Source: Candidatus Aenigmatarchaeota archaeon
GTDB taxonomy: Archaea; Aenigmatarchaeota; Aenigmatarchaeia; QMZP01
Direction of reading: 5' to 3'
NCBI GenBank assembly: GCA_030615165.1
Contig: JAUWZW010000003.1
Coordinates: 1 to 37,333, forward strand
DNA: 37,333 nucleotides
Shown here: piece after piece, positions 34,993-37,333 of the stretch
Layout of the letters: each line of letters begins with the position of its first letter
How positions within the stretch are numbered: position 1 is the stretch's first letter
Position numbers and translations under genes: made by a program
Notes under the pieces: generated by a model
Told to the model about the DNA's origin: nothing
Seen by the model: the letters and a program-made list of their open reading frames with translations, nothing else
Database searches by the model: none

Positions 34993-35663
34993 TGGGGGCC
35001 TCCTTTATTAACATCTACATTCTTCCAGTCCTCATCATTTATCAAGCCCTCTCTGAGCTGCTTCTCCAGCTGTTCCAGTCGCTTTTTGTCTGCATAATCC
35101 CTGATGAGCTTTTCAGATACCTTCACGAGTTTCACCATCTCTGGATTTTCCGTGATTGTACCTGTTGTCTTTACCATGGCAATGACCTCGCGGAGCTTCA
35201 TGTCCTGGTTGGCCAGGGAATCGTTAAAGGACTCCAGCTGTTTCAGCTGCTCTTTCATGTTGCTTATCTTCTTCCTGAGGATGTTGCATTCCTCGGAGTT
35301 CGGGTCATTCTTCTCATAGTTAATGCTGACCGTGAGGGAGTTTTCTTCCAGCTGGATTCTGTCCTTCACACTCTCTATCTGCTCCTTTATCATCTTCCGC
35401 ATTTCGCCCATCCGCATGATTATGACTCCTATGTGCTCAGCAGAGGGATTGTCCAGTATGCCGGGGTTCCCTGGGTTCCCGGGGTTTTCCTGGGGTGCCT
35501 CATGAGACTGCCATTTCTCATACAGTATGTCGTACGTCGGCCGCAGATAAATGCCAAGGGCAAAGCCCACGATAAGAACGACTACCAGGGCAAACAATGA
35601 TCCGAAAAGTCCGTTCTTTTTTGGAACCTTGGAGGGCTGCTGAATTGTCTGTTTATTCTCCAT
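34989..35663 (-). CDS. N-terminally anchored coiled-coil protein
   Basis: 224 aa. AGGAG lies 8 nt upstream of the ATG. The TM is LFGSLFALVVVLIVGFALGIYL. It has a (NPG)3 motif, then long heptad-like segments (IKEQIESVKDRIQLEEN...KISNMKEQLKQLESFNDSLANQDMKLRE). Confidence 0.55.
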   Translation of the reverse strand: MENKQTIQQPSKVPKKNGLFGSLFALVVVLIVGFALGIYLRPTYDILYEKWQSHEAPQENPGNPGNPGILDNPSAEHIGVIIMRMGEMRKMIKEQIESVKDRIQLEENSLTVSINYEKNDPNSEECNILRKKISNMKEQLKQLESFNDSLANQDMKLREVIAMVKTTGTITENPEMVKLVKVSEKLIRDYADKKRLEQLEKQLREGLINDEDWKNVDVNKGGPQ

Positions 35664-35703
35664 AATTCAAACTCCTTTCTGACGCTGTTGCGCCTTTAAA
35701 GGT

Positions 35704-37326
35704 TTACAAATCTCTGGTCTGGAAAAGCTCACAAACCCTTAAGTTACATACTTTAAAGGCTGAAAACATCACACCTATGAAGGCAGATGTGCTGTATATC
35801 AGCAGGGATACCGTATGTATCCACCAGTACCTGAAGTCCAGGATTGAACCAGAAGCATATTTCACAAGGGATATTCCGCTGTTTAGCAGGGTGTTTCTGA
35901 TAATGGGCTCTGCAAGACCTAAAAAGAAGACTGAAGAAATACCTGCCAGCCCCACTATCACAATAACCATCATCACATATATCCAGATTATCCCTGACCT
36001 GCTTGCACCTGCAGACCTCAGTATTCCCATGCGGAACATCCCGGAACGGGTGTTCATCCATATTATCACTAGGATGTTCACCGTGCCGACTATGAGGGTA
36101 CCCAGCACAACAATAAACACGAAGGAAAACAGGGACCTTCCGAGCCTTATCAGGCCCTCCTGTTGAGCGAGGGAATCCTCGGTCTCATAGCCCATTCCCC
36201 TGAGATGTGCAACCACAGGCCGCACCTTATCAATGTTCTTCACATAGACATTGCAGGCTATCCTGCCCTGGCTCTTGTAGATTTCGTGCGGATGTATGAA
36301 CCCCCTGTCAGTGTCATAGTCCAGCAGGCCTTCTTTCCAGAGGGATATCCTATTTGCCAGGTCTACCGGGATATAGCCCCTGTCCCCGGAAACAACCCCT
36401 GCGATGCGCGTCTCTATGTTAAGGCTTGGTTCAAAGAGGAGCTGTTTGTCCTTCTTGAACAGCAGGGTGACGGGCTTGCCGACAATAAACCGCGGTTCAA
36501 TACCCAGCTCCTTTAGTGCTTCTTCCGGCAGGACAGCCTGGTATTCAGAGGTGTCGGACAGCCATCCGCCTGCCTTCAGCCCACCGTTCATGAACATTGT
36601 CATGTCATTGGCATAGCTGCTCATCAGGGTGAAGTCCTTTGATGCACTGGTGCCACTGTCCTGTTGGGCCGGAACCAGGGATGCCTTTGCCGTGATATTC
36701 GGGCATACATTAATGAACATGCGCTCGCTTCTCAGTATGGGAAGGAGCTTCTCATCCATCTTGCCGTCACTGGATATGGCGTCTGTCACATTGTAGCATA
36801 CAATCATCCTGCTCTTTAAGGAGAAAAGCGGCTTCACAGAAAATCCGTCCAGGTATCCCAGCACCTTCTGGTAGTTTGTAACATCCGGGAGCATGATTTC
36901 CGCCATAACCGGTAGCATCTTCCTGGAGGGACCGAAGAAGAAGGCGGGGTTGGAGGCAACAAAATGCCTGTTGATAACCATCAGACCGGGAGGCAGGGAA
37001 TCACTTTTCACTCTTTTCAGAAGGATTTTATGGTGACCCAGGGTGAAGCGGCTCACATCAGAGTAGTATGGGCAGTCGTGATAGTTGATTAATATCTCAT
37101 TGGATTCCATGGAACCGTGATTCCTGGCCCATCCAAAGGGCAGGCGGGTTATTGAGGGGTCGTTGCATATAACAGGTGTGAATATCTGCTCCCTGCTGTA
37201 ATTGCTGAATTTTATTGTTTTGTTAGGGAGCATCTCCAGCTCCACAAGCTCGAGGGTAAAGGGCTCAATACTCATGCGTTTCAGGTATTTTCCCACCTCG
37301 TTCTTGGACATGTGAAGTATTGCCAT
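35704..37326 (-). CDS. FtsX/MacB-like ABC-transporter permease, probably 5'-partial (extends past the window end)
   Basis: The C-terminal FtsX-type domain has 3 TM helices and the GILRSAGASRSGI motif. A roughly 380-aa N-terminal soluble region has no TM1 in-window. The frame stays open to position 37333. Confidence 0.6.
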   Translation of the reverse strand: MAILHMSKNEVGKYLKRMSIEPFTLELVELEMLPNKTIKFSNYSREQIFTPVICNDPSITRLPFGWARNHGSMESNEILINYHDCPYYSDVSRFTLGHHKILLKRVKSDSLPPGLMVINRHFVASNPAFFFGPSRKMLPVMAEIMLPDVTNYQKVLGYLDGFSVKPLFSLKSRMIVCYNVTDAISSDGKMDEKLLPILRSERMFINVCPNITAKASLVPAQQDSGTSASKDFTLMSSYANDMTMFMNGGLKAGGWLSDTSEYQAVLPEEALKELGIEPRFIVGKPVTLLFKKDKQLLFEPSLNIETRIAGVVSGDRGYIPVDLANRISLWKEGLLDYDTDRGFIHPHEIYKSQGRIACNVYVKNIDKVRPVVAHLRGMGYETEDSLAQQEGLIRLGRSLFSFVFIVVLGTLIVGTVNILVIIWMNTRSGMFRMGILRSAGASRSGIIWIYVMMVIVIVGLAGISSVFFLGLAEPIIRNTLLNSGISLVKYASGSILDFRYWWIHTVSLLIYSTSAFIGVMFSAFKVCNLRVCELFQTRDL

Positions 37327-37333
37327 ACAGAAA

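Noticed and set aside
34896-35600. 234-aa plus-strand ORF
   Set aside because: It is antisense to the coiled-coil membrane protein and AAA ATPase overlap. It has no RBS or motif.
1-37333. Search for CRISPR arrays, rRNA, tRNA, transposase or integrase genes
   Set aside because: No regularly spaced short repeats, no rRNA-like conserved stretches, and no DDE or tyrosine-recombinase motifs were seen in any frame.

Overview
This 37.3 kb window looks archaeal. It carries a Pelota/Dom34 gene, TrkH, an EndoIII-like Fe-S glycosylase and pilin-like proteins with class III (KGQ/RG) signal peptides. Genes use strong GGAGGTG-type ribosome-binding sites and several appear to be leaderless transcripts with TATA boxes. 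GC content looks to be about 45% by eye. It is a gene-dense, accessory-looking region dominated by membrane and envelope proteins. I found no rRNA, tRNA, CRISPR array, transposase or integrase. Both window edges cut genes. The ORF track misses a PIG-L deacetylase at the left edge (<1..604, minus strand). The FtsX/MacB-like permease at the right edge (35704..37326, minus strand) probably continues upstream. Five things stand out. (1) A tight 5-gene plus-strand operon (19454-26617): an SPFH/band-7 protein, two paralogous proteins of unrecognised family sharing an IWYFPLWEVP motif, a zinc-ribbon protein with carboxypeptidase-regulatory-like beta domains, and a 1132-aa polytopic giant. (2) A minus-strand cluster (26708-35663) with two tandemly duplicated PspA/IM30/ESCRT-III-like coiled-coil proteins whose promoter and 5'UTR block is also duplicated. 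It additionally holds a third coiled-coil protein with the same C-terminal ...IL(S/A)PDVNN tail, an AAA+ ATPase with an atypical INEIE Walker B, an HExxH membrane peptidase, a HEAT-repeat lipoprotein and a coiled-coil membrane protein. (3) A reused roughly 115-nt 3'-end module (C-terminal tail coding + conserved hairpin + TTAAGTTGACA) and related conserved terminator hairpins. (4) A small regulatory cassette (excisionase-type HTH fused to a degenerate pseudo-receiver, plus a LuxR-type HTH) bracketed by two related hairpin-forming direct repeats. (5) A VapBC (AbrB/PIN) module sitting between a gene's real 3' end and a diverged remnant copy of that 3' end. There are also four tandem paralogous small membrane proteins next to a large ankyrin-repeat membrane protein.
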